From Marmoricola sp. (lineage in GTDB: Bacteria > Actinomycetota > Actinomycetes > Propionibacteriales > Nocardioidaceae): 64,000 nt of DNA. Below are positions 49,706 to 57,730 of the stretch, piece by piece (position 1 is the first letter of the stretch; every line of letters starts with the position of its first letter). A model generated the notes under the pieces. That model ran no database searches and was not told the DNA's origin. It saw only the letters and a list, made by a program, of their open reading frames with translations. The stretch spans positions 2,039 through 66,038 of the forward strand of contig JBKJHO010000028.1 of assembly GCA_046598915.1 (NCBI GenBank), written 5' to 3'. The position numbers were made by a program, and so were the translations under genes.

Positions 49706-50266
49706 GTGAGCAAAGCTGAGCGCACCCGAGCAGCGCTCCGATCCGCAGCCCTGCGGCACTTCGTGGCCGACGGCTTCGAGGGGTCGAGCGTGACGGCGAT
49801 CGCCGCCGAGGTCGGAGTCACCGAGCGAACCTTCTACCGGCATTTCGCCACCAAGGACGAGGTCCTCTTCGCCGACCTCGTCGAAGGGTTGGCCTGGTTC
49901 CGCTCCGCGATCCGCTCGCGCCCTCCGGGCGAGGAGCTGAGTCGTGCGGTGCTGGAGGCGCTGAGCTCGGCGCCGACCGATCCGAGGCTGCTGGTCGAGA
50001 TCGCACGGCTCCGTCGGGAGCTGCTCAGCCCGGAGCGGATCGAGCGGGTCTTCCGGGACCGCCAGGCCGCGATGGCGACCGAGCTGCGGGCGCTGTTGGG
50101 TGAGCGCGGCGTGCCCGACCTCGAAGCCGCGGTGCGGGCTGAGGCCCTCGCCGGCGCGGTCTTCGCCGCGGTCGCCGTATGGGGCGACGGTCCTGAGCCG
50201 CACGACCTGCGCAGCCTCTTCGAGCTGACCGCGCAGGCGCTCGAGCAGATCCGCCCGCTGCTCTAG
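49706..50266 (+). CDS. TetR family regulator
   Basis: IAAEVGVTERTFYRHFATK. Confidence 0.92.
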   Translation: MSKAERTRAALRSAALRHFVADGFEGSSVTAIAAEVGVTERTFYRHFATKDEVLFADLVEGLAWFRSAIRSRPPGEELSRAVLEALSSAPTDPRLLVEIARLRRELLSPERIERVFRDRQAAMATELRALLGERGVPDLEAAVRAEALAGAVFAAVAVWGDGPEPHDLRSLFELTAQALEQIRPLL

Positions 50267-51441
50267 CGGAAGGTCCGTTCGTAGTCGGCGAAGCGCTCCC
50301 GGATCTGCGCCTCGCTCAGGCCGTAGGTCTCGGGCCGGTATTCCGGACGGCTCTCCTCGCGCGGACGTCGGGCGATCCAGTCCCGCATCGAGGCCTCGGC
50401 GGTGGCGTCGAGGTCGAGCCCGATGGCGTCGTACACCCGGGCGACCTGGGCGATCGGGTCGGCCACGACGTCCTCGAACCTCAGGTCGGTGACCAGCTCG
50501 GAGGCCGCTGGATCGGCGGACCAGGCGGCGCGGGTGGTCAGGGCGCGGTCGTTCGTCCAGCCCATCCGTTCGATCCACTGCGACCCCACCCGTTGCAGGT
50601 CGACCGTGTCGGAGTGCATCGCGTGCAGGGTGGCGTTCAGGCTCGCGCCGGAGCCGATCGAGGCCACGGGGTCACGGTGCAGGTGAACCAGGTGCAGATC
50701 GGGGAAGCGCGCACGAAGAGTGTCGAGGTACCCGAGGTGAGCGGGCGTCTTCAGCACCCAACGGCCGATCTGCTCGCCGCGCCGCCGCTTCTGCCATTGA
50801 AGCAGCTGCAGCATCGCATGCAGGTGGTCGTAGGCCGGGGTGAAGTCCTGGTCGTCGAGCCACTTCCGGTACGTCGGCAGGTTCGCTCCGGCCTCCGGCA
50901 CGTGGGAGAGGAACGCGGCGTCGAGGAAGACGATCTCCTCCTCGGCCTCGAGCGCGTACATCGGGTGGATGGCGAAGAGGTCCGGCATGAACTCCTGGGT
51001 CTGGGCCTGCCGGGTCAGGGCGGCCGGCACCCGGGGGTCGTCGGCGTTCCAGTCGTGGGTTAGCCGGGGTGCGACCTCGATGACCTCCCAGCCGTGGGCG
51101 CAGGTGAAGCGCGGGTCGGCGGCGAGCAGGCGCTGGGCCAGGGTCGTGCCGCTGCGCATCATGCCGACTACGACGACGGGTGCCGTGATCACCTCGTCCT
51201 TGATCTCCGGGTGCAGACGGCGCCATTCCTGGGCCCGGAGCCGCATCCGGAGGTGGTGCACCAAGCCGCTACGCACGATGTGGGCACCGAGCTCGGAGAG
51301 GTCGGCACCCAGATAGTCCTCTGCCAGGACGCCGAGGGGCTCCTCGAACGGCGAGGCGCCGAAGTCGTCCAGCGCTTCCTTGGCCCGGGCCGTACCCAGC
51401 AGGGCCGGTGCCGCGAAGTTCTTACTCAGGTCCACGCGCAC
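50263..51441 (-). CDS. Sulfotransferase family protein
   Basis: 5'-PSB GMMRSGTT, WVLKTPAH, 3'-PB HRDP...S; start 51435-51441. Confidence 0.88.
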   Translation of the reverse strand: MRVDLSKNFAAPALLGTARAKEALDDFGASPFEEPLGVLAEDYLGADLSELGAHIVRSGLVHHLRMRLRAQEWRRLHPEIKDEVITAPVVVVGMMRSGTTLAQRLLAADPRFTCAHGWEVIEVAPRLTHDWNADDPRVPAALTRQAQTQEFMPDLFAIHPMYALEAEEEIVFLDAAFLSHVPEAGANLPTYRKWLDDQDFTPAYDHLHAMLQLLQWQKRRRGEQIGRWVLKTPAHLGYLDTLRARFPDLHLVHLHRDPVASIGSGASLNATLHAMHSDTVDLQRVGSQWIERMGWTNDRALTTRAAWSADPAASELVTDLRFEDVVADPIAQVARVYDAIGLDLDATAEASMRDWIARRPREESRPEYRPETYGLSEAQIRERFADYERTFR

Positions 51442-51460
51442 GGAGCCTATGCTCCGGGCC

Positions 51461-51904
51461 ATGGACAGCGCACGCGAGATCGAGAATCTCCTCTACACCT
51501 ACGCCGAGCGGATCGACGCCGGCGACCTCGACGGGGTGGCGGAGCTCTTCACCCACGCCACCATCTACGGCCAGGAGAACGGTCCGCCGGAGACCCAGTT
51601 CGTGGGAGCGGAGGGCGCTCGGAAGATGTACGCGATCTCGACCCGGCTCTACGAGGACGACGGCACGCCGAAGACGAAGCACATCACCACGAACCCGATC
51701 ATCCACGTCGATGACGAGGCGGGTACCGCCACCTGTCGGTCCTACTACTGCGTCGTCCAGGCCACCCCGGTGCTGCCGTTGCAACCCATCATCGCGGGCC
51801 GCTACCACGACACGTTCCACGTCGTCGACGGAGAGTGGTGGTTCGGCACCCGGACGCTCTTCGTCGACCTGATGGGCGATCTGAGCCAGCACCTGAAGTG
51901 GTGA
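51461..51904 (+). CDS. SnoaL/NTF2-like protein
   Basis: EIENLLYTYAERID, KHITTN, GRYHDTF. Confidence 0.88.
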   Translation: MDSAREIENLLYTYAERIDAGDLDGVAELFTHATIYGQENGPPETQFVGAEGARKMYAISTRLYEDDGTPKTKHITTNPIIHVDDEAGTATCRSYYCVVQATPVLPLQPIIAGRYHDTFHVVDGEWWFGTRTLFVDLMGDLSQHLKW

Positions 51905-51929
51905 TGCGACCCCGGCTCGATCCGGCGAA

Positions 51930-52454
51930 CTACTCGCAGACGGTCGCGGGCTTGGGCAGGTTGACCTTCGTGGGCGCGCTCGACTTCAGCTTGGTGAACT
52001 TGTCGCCGATGAAGGCGTCGATGCCGGGGCCGTAGTCGTCGTCGACGACGACGACCTTGGTGTCCTTGCCGAAGGCGGCGGCGACCAGCTTGGCAGCCGG
52101 GTTGTCCCGCCGGGTGGTGCGGACCTCGGCCCGGGGGACCTTCAGGTCTGCGGGAGCGTTTCCGACCGCACCAGGCCTGAAGCCGGCGCCCTCCAGGAGG
52201 TCCAGGGCGGCCTGGGCCCGGCCGGAGCGCTTGCCGGTGTTGTAGACGCTGACGGTGACCTCGCCCCGGCGGACCACCCGGACGATGCTCTGGTCCTCCG
52301 GTGCGCAGCCCGGCCCTCCGCTGCTCGACGAGACCAGGTCGTCGATCGGCGCGGTCAGCGCCTGGAACCCCCAGATCGCCATGACCAGGGTCACGACGAC
52401 GAAGGCGGCCAACGTGATCGCCGAGGTGCGCCCGCGGTTCGCGACCTGGATCAT
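51930..52454 (-). CDS. LytR C-terminal domain membrane protein
   Basis: TM helix, then VSVYNTGKRSGRA...GF...VGNA. Confidence 0.85.
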   Translation of the reverse strand: MIQVANRGRTSAITLAAFVVVTLVMAIWGFQALTAPIDDLVSSSSGGPGCAPEDQSIVRVVRRGEVTVSVYNTGKRSGRAQAALDLLEGAGFRPGAVGNAPADLKVPRAEVRTTRRDNPAAKLVAAAFGKDTKVVVVDDDYGPGIDAFIGDKFTKLKSSAPTKVNLPKPATVCE

Positions 52455-52747
52455 GCGCCGGCCTCGTGGACCCGGGCGTGGACGACGTGCCGCTGCTGGA
52501 GTGCGGCGCGCAGGGCGCGGTGCAGCCCGTCCTCGAGGTACATCTCGTCGCGCCAGAGCACGACGTGGGCGAAGAGATCGCCGAAGAAGGTGGAGTCCTC
52601 GTCGAGCAGGGCGGCCAGTTGGAGGGTGTCCTTGGTGGTGACCAGCTCGTCCAGGCGCACCGGGCGTGGGGGCAGCGCGGCCCAGTCCCGAGGCCCCAGT
52701 TCATGGTCGGGATACGGGCGCCCGTCGCCGACGCGCTTGAAGATCAC
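52451..52747 (-). CDS. Conserved actinobacterial small protein (often labelled VapB antitoxin; ParB-like motif)
   Basis: MIFKRVGDGRPYPDH...LEDGLHRALRAAL. Confidence 0.8.
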   Translation of the reverse strand: MIFKRVGDGRPYPDHELGPRDWAALPPRPVRLDELVTTKDTLQLAALLDEDSTFFGDLFAHVVLWRDEMYLEDGLHRALRAALQQRHVVHARVHEAGA

Positions 52748-52817
52748 GTGGACATCATAGGAAAGGGTTGCGAAACACTGCTCCGTGGCCGTCCTCCGGC
52801 GCGGCTACAGTCCTGCC

Positions 52818-54377
52818 ATGGGCGTTGACGGGACTGCCGCGGAGATCAGTACGACGGTGGCGGCGGGCTACCAGTTCGACGGACCAGCACTCGAGCTCGG
52901 GGCCTTGATGACCGGCGCCGAAGAGGTCTCGGATGTGCCCATCCGGATCCCGATCGCGATGCTCAACCGCCACGGCCTGGTAGCCGGGGCGACCGGAACC
53001 GGCAAGACCAAGACCCTCCAGCTGATGGCCGAGCAGCTGAGTACGGCGGGGGTGCCGGTCTTCGCTGCCGACATCAAGGGTGACCTCTCGGGGCTATCCA
53101 CATTCGGCGAGGGCGGCGAGAAAATCACCGCGCGAGCGAGCGCGGTCGGCCAGACCTGGAAGACGACCGCGTTCCCGGTCGAGTTCTTCGCCCTTGGCGG
53201 CCAGGGCACCGGGATCCCGCTGCGGGTGACGATGTCCGCGTTCGGACCCACCCTGCTGAGCAAGGTGCTGGGACTCAACGACACCCAGGAATCGTCGCTC
53301 GGACTGATCTTCCACTACGCCGACACGGCCGGGCTGCCGCTGCTCGACCTCGCTGATCTGCGCGAGGTCACCAAGTTCCTCGTCTCCGACGAGGGCAACG
53401 CCGAGCTCGAGGACCTCGGCGGGCTCTCGTCGGCGACGGCTGGGGTGATCCTGCGCGAGCTGATCGCCTTCTCCGCGGAGGGCGCCGACGTTTTCTTCGG
53501 CGAGCCCGAGTTCGAGAGCCGTGACCTGCTCCGGACGACCCCCTCCGGTAAGGGTCTGATCTCGCTGGTGGAGCTTCCGAACCTGCAGGACCGTCCGGCG
53601 ATCTTCTCGACCTTCCTGATGTGGCTGCTCGCCGACCTGTTCCACGACCTCCCCGAGGTCGGCGACATCGACAAGCCCAAGCTGGTCTTCTTCTTCGACG
53701 AGGCACACCTGCTGTTCAACGACGCGTCGCCGGCGTTCCTGGACTCGATCGCGCAGACGGTCCGGTTGATCCGGTCCAAGGGGGTCGGCGTCTTCTTCGT
53801 GACCCAGTCGCCGACCGACGTGCCGGACGAGGTGCTGGCACAGCTCGGTTCCCGGATCCAGCACCAGCTGCGGGCGCACACACCGAACGACGCCAAGGCG
53901 TTGAAGGCCACCGTGAACACCTACCCGACCAGCGCCTACGACCTCGGTGAGGTGCTCACCTCCCTCGGCATCGGCGAGGCGGTGGTGACCGTGATGAACG
54001 AGCGCGGTGCTCCGTCGCCCGTCGCCTGGACCCGGCTCCGCGCACCGGAATCGCTGATGGGGACGGCCGACCCGGCAGCGGTGGCGAAGACGGTCGAGTC
54101 CTCCGCGCTGGCGCCGAAGTACGCGGTCGCGATCGACCGTGAGTCCGCCCACGAGATTCTCGGCGCGAAGCTCGACGCCGGTGCGGAGAAGGCCGCTGCC
54201 GAAGCCGGTACGCCGGCCCCACCCGCGACGACGGCGAAGAAGACGTCCACCCGTTCCCGTCGTGCCGACGACAAGGGCATCGTGGAGGAGGTCGTCACCT
54301 CGACGACCTTCCGGCAGGTGCTTCGTACGGCGGCCCGCGAGATCGTCCGCGGAGCGTTCAAGACCGGTCGTCGTTAG
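52818..54377 (+). CDS. DUF853 / HerA-like P-loop ATPase
   Basis: NRHGLVAGATGTGKT, FFFDEAH, RSKGVG, QHQLRA. Confidence 0.92.
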   Translation: MGVDGTAAEISTTVAAGYQFDGPALELGALMTGAEEVSDVPIRIPIAMLNRHGLVAGATGTGKTKTLQLMAEQLSTAGVPVFAADIKGDLSGLSTFGEGGEKITARASAVGQTWKTTAFPVEFFALGGQGTGIPLRVTMSAFGPTLLSKVLGLNDTQESSLGLIFHYADTAGLPLLDLADLREVTKFLVSDEGNAELEDLGGLSSATAGVILRELIAFSAEGADVFFGEPEFESRDLLRTTPSGKGLISLVELPNLQDRPAIFSTFLMWLLADLFHDLPEVGDIDKPKLVFFFDEAHLLFNDASPAFLDSIAQTVRLIRSKGVGVFFVTQSPTDVPDEVLAQLGSRIQHQLRAHTPNDAKALKATVNTYPTSAYDLGEVLTSLGIGEAVVTVMNERGAPSPVAWTRLRAPESLMGTADPAAVAKTVESSALAPKYAVAIDRESAHEILGAKLDAGAEKAAAEAGTPAPPATTAKKTSTRSRRADDKGIVEEVVTSTTFRQVLRTAAREIVRGAFKTGRR

Positions 54378-54486
54378 CCGGTTTGCCCCTCAACCGAGGG
54401 CGAAACTCGCATCGGCCAACTATTGACAGATGTTCAATGACGTACGACGGTGTGGACATGACCCACCACTCCGCGAGGGGCCGATC

Positions 54487-55395
54487 GTGAAGCGTCCGAG
54501 TGTCACCTCCGCCGACGGGACCCGGCTCGCGGTCTTCGAGTCCGGCAATCCCCAGGGCCCCGTCGTCGTCGCGATCCACGGCTACCCCGACAACCACACC
54601 GTGTGGGACGGGATCGCCGCCGAGCTTGGTGACGCGTTCCGGGTGGTCACCTACGACGTCCGCGGTGCCGGTGACTCCGATAAGCCGACCGGCACGTCGG
54701 CGTACAAGATGGACCGGCTCGCCGAGGACTTCCGCGCCGTGATCGACGACGTCAGCCCTGACGCCCCAGTGCACCTGCTCGCCCACGACTGGGGCTCCAT
54801 CCAGTCCTGGGGGCCGGTGACCGATCCGACCTTCGCCGACCGGATCGCCTCGTTCTCCTCGATCTCAGGTCCCTCCATGGACTACGCCGGCGTCTGGATG
54901 CGCGACGTCCGCGCGCACCCCGGCGCCTCGCTCCGCCAGTTGTTCGCGTCCTACTACATGGCGCTCTTCCAGGTCCCGGTCCTGCCGGAGAGGTTGGTCG
55001 GCCTGACCTTCGTCGACCGTGGGATCGCCAAGGCGGAGCTCGCCACCCGCTCGGACGCGGCCACCGCGATCCCGGTGGCCCGCGCACTTCCCGACAAGAC
55101 GAACGGGATCAACCTCTACCGGGCGAACGTCCTGCAGCGCCTCCTGCGACCGAAGCCGCGGCGTACGACGGTGCCGACCCTCGTGCTCGCGCCGGTCGAC
55201 GACCCGTTCGCCCGCCTGGCGGTCTCGACGGGTGCTCCGGTCCCGTTCGTGGACGACCTGACCATCGTCGAGATCCCGGGCAGCCACTGGGTGGTGACCG
55301 CCCGCCCGGACCTAGTCGCGATGCACGTGCGCGACTTCATCCAGGAGCGTCTCCCGGCTCCGTCGTCGGCTCCGCGGCGGAAAACGCGCCGGTAA
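54487..55395 (+). CDS. Alpha/beta hydrolase (epoxide hydrolase-like, EphD N-domain type)
   Basis: HGYPD, YDVRGAG, AHDWG, GSHW. Confidence 0.88.
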   Translation: MKRPSVTSADGTRLAVFESGNPQGPVVVAIHGYPDNHTVWDGIAAELGDAFRVVTYDVRGAGDSDKPTGTSAYKMDRLAEDFRAVIDDVSPDAPVHLLAHDWGSIQSWGPVTDPTFADRIASFSSISGPSMDYAGVWMRDVRAHPGASLRQLFASYYMALFQVPVLPERLVGLTFVDRGIAKAELATRSDAATAIPVARALPDKTNGINLYRANVLQRLLRPKPRRTTVPTLVLAPVDDPFARLAVSTGAPVPFVDDLTIVEIPGSHWVVTARPDLVAMHVRDFIQERLPAPSSAPRRKTRR

Positions 55396-55432
55396 CCAGT
55401 CAGACCTGCCGGGTCGCTCATCGCGACGCGGT

Positions 55433-55485
55433 GATCTGGGCCCAAAGATCTGGGCCAGAGATTGGGGCCTGAGATTGGGCCTAGA
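55433..55485. repeat. Four degenerate 13-14 nt tandem repeats
   Basis: GATCTGGGCCCAAA GATCTGGGCCAGA GATTGGGGCCTGA GATTGGGCCTAGA. Confidence 0.7.
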
Positions 55486-55750
55486 GCGAGGCGTCGAAAC
55501 CGGTGTTCTTCTCGGCCGGCAGTTCCGCGATGAACGCGTAGGCGCGCTGGGCGGCGTCCGTCTTGGCGCTGCCGATCTCTCCGCCGAGACGCTGGAGCGG
55601 GACCACGGGGGCGGCCGGGGTGACCTGGGTGACCGGGGTGACCTGGCGGACGACCGGAGTCATCGGCGGAATCACCGAACGCGAGGCCTCGGTGAGCACG
55701 ACGGCGCATGCTGCTGCGAGCAATACCAGTGCGAGTGCGATAACCAGCAT
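55481..55750 (-). CDS. Small exported/membrane-anchored hypothetical protein (89 aa)
   Basis: GGAGG RBS; hydrophobic N-terminus; VTP/VTQ repeats. Confidence 0.55.
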   Translation of the reverse strand: MLVIALALVLLAAACAVVLTEASRSVIPPMTPVVRQVTPVTQVTPAAPVVPLQRLGGEIGSAKTDAAQRAYAFIAELPAEKNTGFDASL

Positions 55751-55896
55751 GTCGGCCTCCGGGTCTCGGTCACCGCAACTGTCGCGATGATCTGACCGGT
55801 TAAACGAGTCCCAGCAAGGAGGGTTACGCCGATATCTTCTGATTGTCAGGGTTCGCGCCCCGATATTCTCGGGCGACCCGGTGAAGGAGCGACCCG

Positions 55897-56913
55897 ATGA
55901 CGACCACGGTAGCGACCGATGTTGCCTTCCACGACGGACCCGAGAAAATGATCGACCGGGTGCAGGAGGCCGAGCGCCGGGAATCGGTCGCGGGGTTGTT
56001 CGTCGCCGAGGCCGCCCACGACCCGTTCGTGGCGCTGGCACTCGCCGCGGTCGGCTCCGAGAGGATCGAGCTCGGGACGTCGGTCGCCGTTGCTTTCGCC
56101 CGCACGCCGATGGAGATGGCCTACTCCGCCCACGACCTGCAGCGGCTCTCGGGGGGCCGGCTGATCCTCGGTCTCGGCTCCCAGATCAGGCCGCACATCA
56201 CCCGCCGTTACTCGATGCCCTGGTCGGAGCCTGCCAAGCGGATGCACGAGTACGTCGAGGCCCTCCGGGCGATCTGGAACGCCTGGCAGAGCGGTGAGCC
56301 GCTCGCTTTCGACGGCGAGTTCTACACCCACACGTTGATGCCGCCGCTGTTCTCGCCCGGGCCGCTGGCAACGCCCCCTCCGCGGATCTGGGTCGCGGCG
56401 GTCGGGCCCCGGATGGTCGAGACCGCCGGCACGATCGCCGACGGGATCATCTGTCACCCGTTGCTCTCCCGCTCCTACCTGGCTGAAGTGCTCGCGCCGC
56501 AGGTGCACGCGGCGCGCGCGACCGCCGGTCGCGCCGAGGAACCCTTCGAGCTCTCGACCCTGGCGATGGTCGCGACCGGCCGGACCGAGGAGGGCCTGGC
56601 CGACGCGATCGCCGGTGTACGCAAGCAGATCGGCTTCTACGCCTCCACCCCGGCGTACGCGCCGGTCCTGGAGCACCACGGGTGGGGTGATCTCCACGCC
56701 GAGGCGAACGCGCTCACCAAAGCGGCCAGGTGGAACGATCTCGCCGCACTGGTCGACGACGAGGTGCTGAATACCTTCGCTGTCGTGGGCGAGCTCGAGA
56801 TCGCCGGGCCGGCGTTCCGAGAACGCTTCTCCGGAATCGCCGACCGGATCACCGTCTCGATGCCGTACGCCGCCGACGAACTGCTCGCGATGGACGTGAC
56901 CGGGGCGGGCTGA
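55897..56913 (+). CDS. F420-dependent LLM oxidoreductase (TIGR03617-like)
   Basis: EAAHDPF, GLGSQIRPHI, FYASTPAY. Confidence 0.88.
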   Translation: MTTTVATDVAFHDGPEKMIDRVQEAERRESVAGLFVAEAAHDPFVALALAAVGSERIELGTSVAVAFARTPMEMAYSAHDLQRLSGGRLILGLGSQIRPHITRRYSMPWSEPAKRMHEYVEALRAIWNAWQSGEPLAFDGEFYTHTLMPPLFSPGPLATPPPRIWVAAVGPRMVETAGTIADGIICHPLLSRSYLAEVLAPQVHAARATAGRAEEPFELSTLAMVATGRTEEGLADAIAGVRKQIGFYASTPAYAPVLEHHGWGDLHAEANALTKAARWNDLAALVDDEVLNTFAVVGELEIAGPAFRERFSGIADRITVSMPYAADELLAMDVTGAG

Positions 56914-56917
56914 GGAC

Positions 56918-57511
56918 TCAGGGGCTTTCGAACCAGGGCTCCCGCAGGTCGTAGAAGGTGGCGCTTTCCATGACCTCCTGCAAGGCCGCGGCGACCTCGG
57001 GCGGGGGCGGCTCGTGGCCGGCCTCGCCCTCGCGGGCGCTCGTCTCGTCGTTGAAGGCGACGGTCTCGGTGAACGATCCGTCCTCGGCGAAGGCCCAGGT
57101 CGCGCCGACGATCTCCGGACGCATCCTGCGTAGCTCCTCGGGAGCGGAGAGCAGTACGTCGAGGGAGGCCCGGTTGGCGGTCCGGCCCTGGATGATCTGC
57201 ACGAACCCGGCATCGTCCGAACCCCCGTCGAGGAGCACCGCGACGTCGTCGTAGTCGCGGAACTCCGGCGGGGAGTCGAACGCCGCGACGAACCGCTGCG
57301 CCCAGGCGTCCTGCTCGGGTCGCGAGGAGTTCGCCATCGCCTGCTCCCGGGACGCGAACCGGATGACGCCGAAGAAGATCCCGGCGTCGGTGAATCCGAA
57401 GGTCCCGCCGAGCCAGCCGTCGGCTGCGCCTACGTCGGTACGCCACGACTCGGTGACGGCACGGAGGTCGTCTTCGTGAGAACACTGTCCCTGAATTACC
57501 TGGATGAACAT
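56918..57511 (-). CDS. Conserved hypothetical protein with internal duplication (dimeric alpha/beta barrel-like)
   Basis: FIQVIQG...F-x-S/D-x-E repeated as FVQIIQG...FNDE; GGAGG RBS. Confidence 0.75.
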   Translation of the reverse strand: MFIQVIQGQCSHEDDLRAVTESWRTDVGAADGWLGGTFGFTDAGIFFGVIRFASREQAMANSSRPEQDAWAQRFVAAFDSPPEFRDYDDVAVLLDGGSDDAGFVQIIQGRTANRASLDVLLSAPEELRRMRPEIVGATWAFAEDGSFTETVAFNDETSAREGEAGHEPPPPEVAAALQEVMESATFYDLREPWFESP

Positions 57512-57730
57512 GGCGGCCTCCGCTCCTGGCCCCGCGGGGTCGGGGCCACCTTCGACGCTAGGCAGTTCGACGTCGTACGGCCAGAGGTCCTGAGCGGTAC
57601 CGGAAACCAGACCTCCGGGTCTCCTCCGCTGGCGTCCTCCGCGGAGGGACGGGGCGATGGTCCCGCTCGGCCAACGGGGGGGGTGTCGCGCCCGATCACC
57701 GCGAGGGAGCTGACTGGGTATCTTGTCCCG

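Noticed and set aside
40117-50578. Apparent long N-terminal extensions or fusions (40117-41766, 42197-43558, 44457-46559, 48398-50578)
   Set aside because: The extensions overlap other real genes; true starts are downstream and marked by overlap codons or -10 boxes
52818-54377. HerA-based defence system
   Set aside because: Motifs fit the widespread DUF853 ATPase, and there is no Sir2, NurA or nuclease partner
55433-55485. CRISPR array
   Set aside because: Units are 13-14 nt, contiguous and degenerate, with no spacers or cas genes
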